Below are positions 49,240 to 61,159 of a stretch of 64,000 nucleotides of DNA, piece by piece. The position numbers were made by a program, and so were the translations under genes. Under the pieces are notes generated by a model. It was not told the origin of the DNA. It made no database searches and was given only the letters and a program-made list of their open reading frames with translations. The first letter of the stretch is position 1. Each line of letters starts with the position of its first letter. The DNA is from Mobula hypostoma. Lineage: Eukaryota. Location of the stretch: the NCBI RefSeq assembly GCF_963921235.1, contig NC_086109.1, positions 17,920,001-17,984,000 of the forward strand, given 5' to 3'.

Positions 49240-49692
49240 GTGTAATCACACAAACCAATCTTCCATCCTTGGACTCACTTTACACCGCACGCTGTCAGAG
49301 CAGTGCTGTCAGGAAAATCAAGGACACGACCCATCCAGCCAACACACTTTTCATCCCTCTTCTCTCTGGGAGAAGGCTCAGGAGCTTGAAGACTCGTACG
49401 GCCAGATTTGTGAACAGCTTCTTTCCAACTGTGATAAGACTGCTGAATGGATCCTGACCCGGATCTGGGCCGTACCCTCCAAATATCCGGACCTGCCTCT
49501 CGGTTTTTTTTTGCACTATCTTACTTTCCCTTTTCTATTTTCTATTTATGATTTATAATTTAAATTTTTAATATTTACTATCGATTTGTACTCCAGGGAG
49601 AATGAAGAGCAGAATCAAATATCACTGTGATGATCGTACACTCTAGTATCAATTGTTTGGCGACAATAAACTATAAAGTTAAGTAAAGTAAA
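49240..49692 (+). mobile_element. Rex1/Babar-type LINE 3' end
   Basis: LPSLDSLYTARC...KDTTHPANTLFIPLLSGRRLRSLKTRTARFVNSFFPTVIRLLN; (TAAAG)n tail. Confidence 0.85.
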
Positions 49693-52604
49693 ACAAATTC
49701 CATAGAAATTTGCTTGAATTGTTGCCAATTTGAAGGCAGGCAATAAAAGATTTTCCACTTATATCAGCCTATTTCAATATCAAGCATAGCTTGATAAACA
49801 ACCCTCTTTTCTGCTCCAGAGTTGCCTTACCTTCATATGCACATCTTTCTATTGGAAGTCTTTTTCCATAAAACTGATTTTTACTAAGACTGTCTTGTAT
49901 TGAATATCTCTGCCAAATAATTTTATGGATTACAGATCACAGTCTAGTGAAAAGTGAAATGGCAGAAGGTTTAACTTGCTTTTAAGCACAGAATGTGATT
50001 GGATTTCGACTCAAGTGTAAAAAATTAAGAAGTATTGACTTTACCTTCTGCTCATTGCAGTCCTTAACCAAAATAGCTTCTTGTCTGCCATCGTATTAGT
50101 CTTTTTATCATGGGCTGTGTGGTAATGTAGCAGTTACCACACAGAGCCACATTCCAAAGACATACATGTTGGTTGGTTAATTGGGCAGCGCAGGTTCATT
50201 GGGCGTGTTACAGTGCCGCATTTCTAAATAAGTGCCCAGAAACATAGCTAATTGTCCGAACTATTTCAGATACTTCAAGTAGCTATAAAATAGAAAAACA
50301 TATATACACAAAATGGAAGGATTCCCAGCTTTGCCTTTTTTCTTGTGTTTATACAAATATAATCTTTGTGCAGTACCTGTGCTGCACCTTTATCGTAAAA
50401 AAAAATCTGACTTACAACATACAAATGTTTTCAAGGTACATACGTTGTAAATACAAAAGCTTGAGCTGAGAGCTGTCATTTTTACCTGAAGTGCAGGTCC
50501 CTGGGGATGAGGCAGAGACCTGTTGAATGACTCTTACAAAGAAGTGTCTTTGACCAAACAGGCCAAGTATCACCCTTCTCTGTTGAACAACAAACAAAGA
50601 TAAAACTGGAGTTATAAAGGAACAACTGTGGAGTTGTGGACTTTTTGATTTTTTTTCGCACCCTTCGCTGTGAGTTCTGTCCAGGCGTTGGAGATCAGTG
50701 CTGAGCGAATTCATGCCATTTACTCACAAGGAGGCAGGATGTAGCATAGATCCCTTGGCAGGGAATACACTAGCAAAGAGCGTCTGAAGAGAAACACTGG
50801 CTGACACGTGGTTATGCATTCACAAGTGCCTTCCAGTCCAATTTGTCTATGCTGAAACACTATGAGGAAAGTAGATCCTTATTAAACCATGGTCAAAAAT
50901 AAGTTGAAAATAAATTGAAATACACAAGAGTACTACTAGGCAATGGTTAACTTCGTTAGAATAATTCAGTGGTGCATGTTACTAGATTTTGTTCTTACTT
51001 GTTGGATTGGTGCCTGTCCATAATGACCCTTATCTCTGTATTTAATTCCTCACAGTCTCACTGGCTTCACTAAGTGAGTTGGACAGCAGCCATTCCATTA
51101 TGAAGCCTGCCTCAATAGGCCCCATCTACACTTAAAAGTTTGAATAAATGAGTTGGGCAGGTGCCAGTCCATAATAAAACCAATCTCTGTAGGCCCCATC
51201 CACTTCCTCTCACACTTTCTCACTAGCTCGAGTAAACGAGGTGAACATGCCTTTTTCTCTGCACCAATTTATTTTCCATCTCCTCGCCTCTGAAACAAAC
51301 AGGCTGAGTACATATCAGCCTAAGAAACGTATCTTCTATCTCTAGCACTGACTTTCAAATGCAGAGCATACTGCTGTTAGTGATAATGAAAGGCAAGATC
51401 TGCTAAGAATGCTAGCATCTAAAAAGTGAAAAGAGATCGGCGACAAACTCTCCACTGGGGTAACTCAATGGGCTGAGCAGCAGCTGTGGCAAGGAACCAG
51501 TTGTCGATACTTTGGGTCAAAAACCTGCAAAAGGACTGTTTGTTGTTCCAGGTTCCACTATCTGAAGTCTCTTGTGTGTGCAAGGTGTGAGGAGGTGCCC
51601 ACCCTCAGCTATATTTCTGAAAGTTTCCTGCATTAAACTTCTCCACCCAATCAAAGCACCTTTTTTGCTCTCCTCAATCTGTAGTAGTAGTCATACTTTA
51701 TTGATCCCGGGGGAAATTGGTTTTCGTTACAGTTGCACCATAAATAATAAATAGTAATAGAAATAGTAATAGAAAATAGTAATGAATAGTTACATAGTAA
51801 TATGTAATTTATGCCAGTAAATTATGAAATAAATCCAGGACCAGCCTATCAGCTCAGGGTGTCTGACCCTCCGAGGGAGGAGTTGTAAAGTTTCATGGCC
51901 ACAGGCAGGAATGACTTCCTATGACGCTCTGTGCTGCATCCCCGAGGAATGAGTCTCTGGCTGAGTGTACTTCTGTGCCCACCCACCCTGTGCCCACCCA
52001 TCTGTTTAGTGTTATTAACTCTTTCAAAGTAAACTTACTATCAAAGTACATATACGTCACCATATACTACCTTGAAATTCATCTTCTTGCAGGCATTCAC
52101 AGTAGAACAAGGAAATACAATAGAGTTGATGAAAAACCAAACATAAACAAAGACCGACAAGCAACCAATGTGCAAAAGAAAATAATCTCTGCACAAAAAA
52201 GGGGAGACATAGAAGTCACAGAATCTTTAGAGAATAGAAACGGACCCTGATGCACATTGACTCTGCATGGACCATTAAAACAAATCCTTTTCTATTCTCC
52301 CCACCTTCCCATCAACTCCCCCCAGATTCTAACACTAGCTTACACACCAAGGGCAATGCTTGCAGTGACCAATTAACATTCTTGGGGATGTCGGAAGAAA
52401 CACATGCAGTCACAAGGAGAATGTGCAAATTCCACAAACCGAGCCCAGAGGATCAACAGCCCATAATCTGCTGCCTTGGGGGGCTGATAATTTTCTTGAG
52501 GGTGGGCTGATGGGGATGGGGAAGGAGGACCAGGGTTTTCTCCACACCCCTAGGTTGGTGGCAGATACCAGAGATTTTAGACCTGTGTGCAGTTGGAAGG
52601 TACC

Positions 52605-55600
52605 TGTGATGTTCCTTTAATGGTGCAAGCATTCCATGCAAATTAGTCTTTATGTAGTGTATTTAGTATTTCAGTAATATTTGAGTAACAATGTAAATAT
52701 ATTATCTGATTTGGTATTCTTTGTTTACATAAATTTATTGTGGGTTATACGTACATGAATGGCGTATGTCATTACACCACCATGTCATATGTGCACACCT
52801 CCCTAAAGAAAAGGAAAGTAAAAGTAAAAACTAAGTAGACCTGTTTCCTGACTCCCATGCTTTTCTTTTGATCAGTTTCTGGAGTTATATAATAGTAGTG
52901 AGGAGGTAGTTTTAAAACAAACCGGAGGTGACAACCTACCTGTTGAAGTGCAGCACGTCTTTCTTGGGGGGGGGGGGGCATGAGGAGAGACAGTTGAGTT
53001 AAAAAAGTCAGAAAATGGATGAAATTCACAGAATTATAAACAGTGAGTACTGGATGATGATAATAATAAATAGAAAAAAACAAATGGCTGGCTACCTTGG
53101 AAAGATGGTTGTGTTTGATTGCACAATAGATAACTGCATGATGTATACTGATCTGTATGAATTGTGCAGTATTGTGATGCAAATGAAATAGCCAATAAAG
53201 ACTGTGAGCCAGTGTTGCTGAGTGCATTAGGTGGGAAAACATACAGTTTGCTTGTAAGTTTAACTGCTCCAAACAAATCAGCAAAGGTGAGCTTTGCTGA
53301 TATCATGAATGTAATGCAGGAACATTTAGAACCATAACCATTGTTGACTGCAGAATGATTTAGGTTTCATATGCGGAATCAAAAGGTATGGTAGTCTATT
53401 TTACACCTTAGCTTACGTGGCTGAATTGAAGAAATTATCTGAGCATTGTCAGTTCAGTGATGGGCTTAATGATGCAATAGGAGATGGTTTAATTTGTGAA
53501 TTCAAATATGGCTCCTAACTGAAGCACAACTCACATTTAAAAGAGCAGTTGAAATTGCTGTATCAATGGAAACAAAAGCCAGAGACACAATTGAGTTGCA
53601 GTCAGGAATGAAAATGAGCACGAACAAAATTACAACGTCTGAACAGAAACCTGCTTGGCTGAACAAATTATGTTACCAATGTGGCAGCAGTACCCATGCA
53701 CCAGCCCAATGCTGATTTAAAGGCAAAACTTGCAGAAAATGCAACAAAGTAGGACACATACAAAGAACATGCCAGGTAGACAAAAATAAATGGACTACAC
53801 AAGGAAGAGAAAAAGAAAAAAAAGTCATATTGCAGTTTCAAAAAGCACACTAATCTGCATGCTATTGACAAAAAAAATCTGATAATGGTGAGAGTGGCAC
53901 AGGACTGGGTAGCCTTGAGTTTTGTAATGAAAAATCTAACAATAGACGAGCGATCTGGCTTACACCAGAAGTGAACAGCAATTTAATTAAAATGGAAATG
54001 GACACTGGCTCGGCTGTTTCAGTCATTCCATAAAATGAGTTTGCACGGCATTTCAAAGATACAGCCTGCAGATATCCAACTAAGAAACTATACAGGAGAT
54101 AATATAACTCCTGTGGGAATTACATTTGTAACAGTGAAATGCAACAATCAACAAGGCACATTGGGCTTGGATGTGTTAAAACCAAGAGGGTCAGAATTAT
54201 GGAGCCGTGATTGGGTGAGACAACTAGAACTTGATTGGAGATCCATCCTCTATTTGAATGCCACATCCCCTGCAATAGAATCAACTGAAGGTGGATTATG
54301 AAAGGTACTGGATGATGCCACAGCAGTGTTCAAAGATGGCATTGGAAAATTCAAACATATCAAAGGTAAAATAGTGTTAAATGAAAATACCACACCCAAG
54401 TTTGCAAAGCCCATCTGGTTCCTTATCCCATCTGTGATAAAGTAGCCAATGAGCTAGATTACATGGAAGCTGAAGGAATTCTTTCCAAGATTGAGTGGGC
54501 CCCATGGGCACACCAGCAGTCCCAGTAGCCAAGAAAGATGGGTTTTTCAGTATCAGTGGTGATTTTAAACTCAACACCAACCGAGTACTGAAAGTAGATC
54601 AATACTCTTTACCCAGGATAGAGGATATCTTTGCAAACCTTTCTGGTGGGAAACACTTCAGCAAAGTGGACTTAGCTGAGACCTACCTAGAGATGGAGAT
54701 GGAAGAAGAGTCCAAGGTGGTTCTCACCATAAACACTCTCAACAGGATTTATCACTATAATAGGCCTATTTTTGGAGTAGCATCTGCACTTGTACTCTGC
54801 ATCTGGCAGAGAGCTGTGGACCGGGTTCTGCGAGGGTACCTAGACACTTAGTGTTACCTGGATGACATCATTGTTAATGGTGAAGATGAAGAAGCATCTC
54901 CAAAATCTGCAGACAGTATTAAAAGATTAGAAGACTATAAGCTCAGAGCATGATGCGACAGCAGCAACACGGAAGCAGAGACGGGCTCTGTTTCATGGAG
55001 AACACAACTACAAGATCAAATTCCAGACAACTAATCATAGAAGGGCCAATGGATTGTCCCAGTTACCCATGGGAAAAAGAAATACCTGAAAAACTTACAA
55101 AACAGGGCACTCCTTTTGATGTATTCTCCCTCTTGCAAATTGCGAGTCACCAGATTATGGCAGAGATGATCCAAGAGGAAGCTAAAAAAGGCCCCCATAC
55201 TGTCTTAGGTCTAATGACAACTCAAAATGCCTGGAATGTACAGCAGATATTCCAGCTGCCCCATTTTTACCAGTGCCAAGATGAACTTGCCCTTGACTCA
55301 GGTTTCTGAATGTGGGGATTGAGAGTTGTTGTACCATCTAAAGAGCTAAAGTTTTGGAGGAGCTACATGCCAGTCGTCTAGACGTGGTCGAAATAAAGGT
55401 GTTGTCTCACTGTGTCTCACAATGGACCACAGTTTGTTGAGGAACAGTTTCAGTCATTCCTGAAAATGAATGGAATAAGACATATCCCATCTGCACCATA
55501 CCAGCCAGCTATAAATGGCTAGGTGGAAAGGTTTGTCCAGAATGTGAAGAAGGCATTGCGAGCAATGTCAGAAGAACAAACTATACTGACACTGAATCAG

Positions 55601-56020
55601 AAGCTCGCCAACTTCCTCCTTGCAGCCCAGTCCACAACCAACAACTTACCAACTGCATAGTTCCTGGGTCATCCCTTGTGCTCATGCTTGGATCTCCTCA
55701 AACCCAATCTCAGAAGGAGGATGTAGGACAAACAGCTGAGATAAATTGGGTGCTCCTCAAACATGGAGGTTCAATGTTTCATTCTTGAACAAGCACATCG
55801 ATCGTTTGAGGAGAGCAGGGTCTGCTGATGGAGAAGAAATTGAATTGGCAGAACCACTTCCTGCTTTCCCAGAGACCACTCCTCCAACCACCACACAGGA
55901 GGCCCCAGTACATGAGATTATTTCACAGCCAGACCTCTCACCTGCCAAGTAGAGTGATCACCCCCACCCCCCACATCAGGAAAGAGATTATCCTACAAGA
56001 GTAAGAAATTCTCCACATCT
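52605..56020 (+). mobile_element. Degenerate Ty3/Gypsy (Mag/K02A2.6-like) LTR retrotransposon with 5' LTR and internal deletions
   Basis: LTR about 52605-52894 (TGT start) and decayed PBS; gag LLSALGGKTYSLL and zinc knuckles CYQCGSSTHAPAQC / CRKCNKVGHIQRTC (about 53670-53770); protease MDTGSAVSVI; RT YSLPRIEDIFANLSGGKHFSKVDL and YLDDII; integrase NGIRHIPSAPYQPAINGLVERFVQ; many stops and frameshifts; no 3' LTR seen. Confidence 0.9.
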
Positions 56021-56689
56021 GTTTATTAAGGGTAAATACAGATAAATGGAGAAAGTCAATTGAGCATAGATTGTCCCAAAGCAACTAGGTAGAGCAATGT
56101 GAAGACAAATAGCATTAATAAGAACCTATTAAAGTCAAAATGCCCTCGGAATATTTCATACTGTTAGTTGGTAGAAAGAGAATATTTAATTACTCAGCAG
56201 TGTCATCCTGATGAGTAAAAACTCAGAGAAAGAGGGGAAAATAGGTTAAATGTCTCATGATTTTCATTTGCAATCATTGACTGCAAGATCTACTTTATTA
56301 TTCATTGTTTCAGTTTAGGATTAAAGAGTCTGACCTAAGTTGACATGCCATTTCCAATATGAAGCATCAATGTATGTAGAAGGCATGAAATGATCTTATG
56401 CAGACTCTTATTGCATCCAAATAACTCAGTACCCACTCAATTTATGTGGAGCCTTCAAGGCACGAGCAGCAGGAGAATTGTGTTCTGCTATCACCTTGCA
56501 CTTTAACATGGGAGTCAAGTACCAACCCATATTGCTACTCAAATAGTATTCAAATCGGTGCTCAAAAACGGAGTACTGAGGATTTTGTCGGTAGCAGCAC
56601 TTGCCCAGTCTAACTATAACATGGGACTATCTGCAGATCACCCGTCACTTTTCCCCCTTTTTCCATTTGCCATTCTGGCTTCCTTCTTC

Positions 56690-57062
56690 TCTTCTCACCA
56701 GACTATCACCTCCCTCTGGTGCCCCTCCTCCTTCCCTTTCTCCCACAGTCCACTCTCCTGTCCTATCAGATTCGTTCATCTTCAACCCTTTACTTCCTCC
56801 ACCTATCACCTCCCAGCTTCTCACTTCGACACCCTCTCCCCTACCCACCCACCTTTCCTCTCTCTTGATTTTACCTATCATCTCCCAGCTTTATACCTTC
56901 CCCTCCCCACCTGCTTATTCTGGCGTTTCCCCTCCTTCATTTCCAGTCCTAATGAAAGGTCTTGGGCTGAAATGTTGACTGTATTTTGCTTTCCATAGAT
57001 ACTGCCTGACCTGCTGAGTTCCTCCTGCATTTTGTGTTTGGATTTCAAGCATCTGCAGAATC
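56690..57062 (+). mobile_element. Penelope-like terminal repeat with decayed hammerhead motif
   Basis: Pyrimidine-rich body then CAGTC-CTAATGA-AAGGTCTTGGGCT-GAAATGTT-GACTG and CCTGCTGAGTTCCTCC. Confidence 0.7.
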
Positions 57063-59457
57063 CTGTGGAGCTGCCTGTTACAGACAGAGCTAAGTGAAGT
57101 AGCCCTCTTAGATCTGGAAATTACTGACTAATTTCCTGAACACCTGCAGTGCGTAGAAGTAGGAGAAATTCATAATTGTCATGAAAAATGGTTCTGAAAG
57201 AAAATGCATTTTTTCTCTTTCACTTTGATCATTATCAATTAAAATAACAATACTAGGAAAAATACGGTTTAGCTGACAATTAACAAGCCTTCAGCCAGCT
57301 AATAATCATGGCCTCTTGATATCTGTGAGTATATGGTGTACAGAGAACAGAAATACAAATGTACAGCTAAAGAAAACTGTACCATTAAGTCCGGTTACCT
57401 TCAACATCAATGTCAAGGCCATCTAACATTGCTGCGGAGGGAAGGGATCGGAGATCTCTGCAGCTCATCACCACGTGATGATAATGTGTAAAGCAAGACT
57501 AGGATACCACCCCTCTTTCCAAATGCAAGCAGTTCAAAGCATGAGATGCCTCCATAGCTGCTCTTGCTGGTCTTATCTACTGAGGATCAAGAAGAGGACG
57601 AGTGACTTCCTTCCTACAGGTAAGTGGCTGAGTGAGAAAAAAGAATAGACAGGGACAGAGAAAGTGCTTATAAATAGGAAAAAAAAAAGAAATGAATTAC
57701 CTGCACAGTCTATAGAAGAGTAGTGGGGATAAAGACTGACTCTTGGGATTTTAGCTGATAAATCATTTGAACTCATATGCTCTCATATAACATCAGCCAC
57801 CTCCTGTGATTGATTTACCAGCTTGTAATTATCTTTCTGTTAGAAAGTTTGATGACAAATCAAAGAAAGAATTCAGAATTTGTCACTGTGACTTTTCCAG
57901 ACATCGTCATTTAAAGAAGTAGGTATCACATTCCACTGAGATGGTAGGAGTTCCTCCGTGTGGCTGTTTATCTGCACAGAACCCATCTCACCATCCATCT
58001 TTAACACAGAGCCACTATAATTGGGTATCTTCCTGCTGTTTCCATGACAATCCAATGTTCTGATTTACACAGCAGCAATTGGGTACAATGTCTTTCATCA
58101 CAACTTCTTATGGTTGCAATAGCATCATTTTTCATAATAACCATTCTATTCTAACGTCTTAGATGGTTTACATTGCGCATGGAAAAAGAATGCAATCTTC
58201 CTTCCAAAATGAATATTTAAAGATGATAGATTGTGCAATCATTGTCTCCTTACCGGTTATGAGAGTTTGCTGGGTACAAATTGGTTTCTGCTATTGCCTC
58301 TTTTCAACTGTGACCATAGTTCCAGAAACATTCATTGATTGAAATGTGCTAACGGTGGAGTGGGCGTATTAACTAATTAACAAAAAAGAATGTATAGAAA
58401 ATTCCTTTCCAACCTATTGCTCTTTGCAATGATGGGGGGAGTGAGGAGTGGAAAAGGTCTCCTCATTGCCAAAAACGATGTTAGAGCTTGAGATACTTCA
58501 GCAGTTTCTAGGGATTCTGGATTCATTGGGTTGTGAATGTAGACTTTTCTATCCCTTAGTGATGTGGACACAAGTTGTTGAATATATTCAATGCTGTTGC
58601 TGTTTTTCTTTGGTTGCATTTAGTATCAAGGGACATGGAGATAATGTGAGAAAGTGGAATTAAAATATTGATTAGCTGTGACCTTATTGAACAACGAAGT
58701 TAGCTTGAAGGAGTGTAGATCTATTTCTGAACTTATTTCTTACGTTCTTTCAATAACAGAAGATCTAAGAATTGGCACCACATCTGAAAGTTGAATTATC
58801 TCAAAGATATCCTCATGCCCAGATTGTGCCTCTAAGCTATGTAGAAAAGTATTTCTGACATTTTTGTTTGGTATTTGTGGCGCCACTTGGGACCTCAGAA
58901 GGTTTATCAACTGAGAAGCTGCAAGAAGTTCTGATTTAGGATTTAAGTGATCTCTTGGCATGATAAGGAATGAGGCCCGGCCATTTCTGATTGACGACTG
59001 GCAATGTTTAAGTAATTTGGAATTGTGATCAGTGATAGGCCAGGAACATTATCCTGGAAGGTGAATAATAGAGGCTTGAGCTGAGGTAGGTGATTGGGCT
59101 TGGGATTGGGGATCAATGACTGTGGTAGCAGAATCTCTGGCCAGGCTGTAAAGCTGACCATCAGTCAGGCCGTGGGTGAAGAGCCATGAGTTTGAGGGTG
59201 AGCATTAGCCTGGGGAGACGATTGGATTTTGATCTTGTGTGATGATTGGGCATTGGACTGACATAGATCTCAATGAGTCAGCCAGCATCTATGGAGGGAA
59301 ATGGACAGATAATGCATCAGGTTGAGAAACTTCATCTGAAGTCCAGCATCTGCAGTCTCCTGTGACTCGACTGGACTAATGCCAATGTTTAGGTATTAGC
59401 CCAATATTATGGCTAGACATTGGACTATTGTGGATGAAGAATAATTCATATGATATG

Positions 59458-59685
59458 ACAAACACAAAACGCTAGAAGAACTCAACAGGCCAGGCAGCAT
59501 CTATGGAGAGGAATAAACAATAGACATTTTGGGCAGAGACATTCATCGGGACTTCATGGGTCTACTGTTTATTCCTCTCCATAGATGCTGCCTGACATGC
59601 TGAATTCCTACAGCATTTTATGTTTGTTGCTCTAGATTTCCAGCATCTGCAGTACCTCTTGTATCTGCAGAATTTCTTGTGTTTT
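59458..59685. mobile_element. Penelope-like inverted-repeat insertion (older)
   Basis: Imperfect palindrome of the same terminal sequence; TGATATG on both flanks. Confidence 0.7.
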
Positions 59686-61159
59686 TGATATGCTGTGGAT
59701 GAAAGAGCAGGTGGCAGGTCTTCGAATGGAGGGGAAGATCAGACACTGGACAGGTTGTTATTGTCTGGTATCATAGACTTAGAAATCCTGAGTTGGAGCA
59801 GATGATCAGACAGTGCCCTGAGAATGAACGATCCATAAGGCTGGCTGTGACTTGAGCCTCCACCTGGGCTTGAGTTATCGGGAACGGCCGGCCAGAATTT
59901 TGTTGGCATTGCAGTCATTGTTCTTTCAACGTGGATTCGGAAGGAACAGTGGCTGGAAATCATTCAGCTAATTAGCAAAGTGTTGCACTCCTGAAAAATC
60001 TAATTGGGAAAAAAAAAGGTCCTGCAAAATACATTTGACACTGATTTTATGTAAATAATATGCTGTTAGTTTAAAGAGCCCTGGTGAACCAACATGCATG
60101 TCCTGCATTTTTGCTTTTATAATGAATGCGCATTTCCTGTCTGCCACATTTATGAGGGCTTAGTTCTTAATAACCAAGTGCTGTACAGCCAGGTATCTAG
60201 CTCAATATACGTCGATGCCAAGCTCAAATCACTCTCACCCCTGAGAGGCAGATGGCTCGCCAGCAATGACTGCTTGAGTAATGGTAATCTGCATGAGCAA
60301 TGGCAGAATATTCAACATCATTACACCCTAGCAATGCATCATGTGCCCTCAGTTTAGTAGGAAAGAGGATAGACTATTTTAATACACTCCAGTGTTCCAG
60401 AGCCTTCTTCACTGTTTGAAAATCAAAGAAATCAGGTTTGGCACATTATCTCAATTTGCATGAACATTATTAAAAACCACTAGAGCTGCCTGAATTATCT
60501 TGGGTGCTGTGCACCTGGGAATACTCATCACTAAGATTACAATGCCATTCAGCCCTTTGTTCCTCTGCTGGTTCCTTGGCAGAGTTATCTGGTTAACCCA
60601 ATGGCTCTACAATCAAACATACAGTCTTTCCTACACTCAAGGTAGTAGCAGGAGCTGATATGACCGTAGCTGTAACTCTGCATTCCTGTCTAACATAGGA
60701 TCCTCTCCCTGTCTTGCTTATCTGAATCTATCTACCTCTGTCTCTACAGTTTTTAGACTTTCCTTCCAGCTCCCTTTGAAAAGGAGTTCCAAAATCTTAT
60801 AAAGAAAGTAGTTGAGGCAGGTAGAATAACAGCATTTAAAAGACATTTGGATAAGTACATGAATAGAAAGGGTTCATTGGCCAGATACAGGAAAATGGGA
60901 CTAGATTTGACAGGCATCTTGATTGGTATAGACGAGTTGGGCATCCTGTGTTACTCTATGACTTCTTAACCCTCAGGAGGATCGCTCTCTTAAATTTGGC
61001 ACCCCCTCCTATTTTTAAACAGTTCTGGATTCTCCCATAAGACAAAACATCCTTTCCACATCCATCCTGTAAAGGGAGGATCTAAAATGGTTTAATCAGT
61101 CTTCACTTACAGTATATAGTTCTTTGAAAGATGTCAGAATGTCCTGAAGCGTAGAGTCA

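Noticed and set aside
51010..51250. Diverged ~150-bp tandem duplication (GTGCC.GTCCATAAT...ATCTCTGTA)
   Set aside because: Two decayed copies with no ORF, structure or element hallmarks.
52772..53306. 170-aa minus-strand ORF
   Set aside because: Antisense to the Gypsy LTR/gag remnant.
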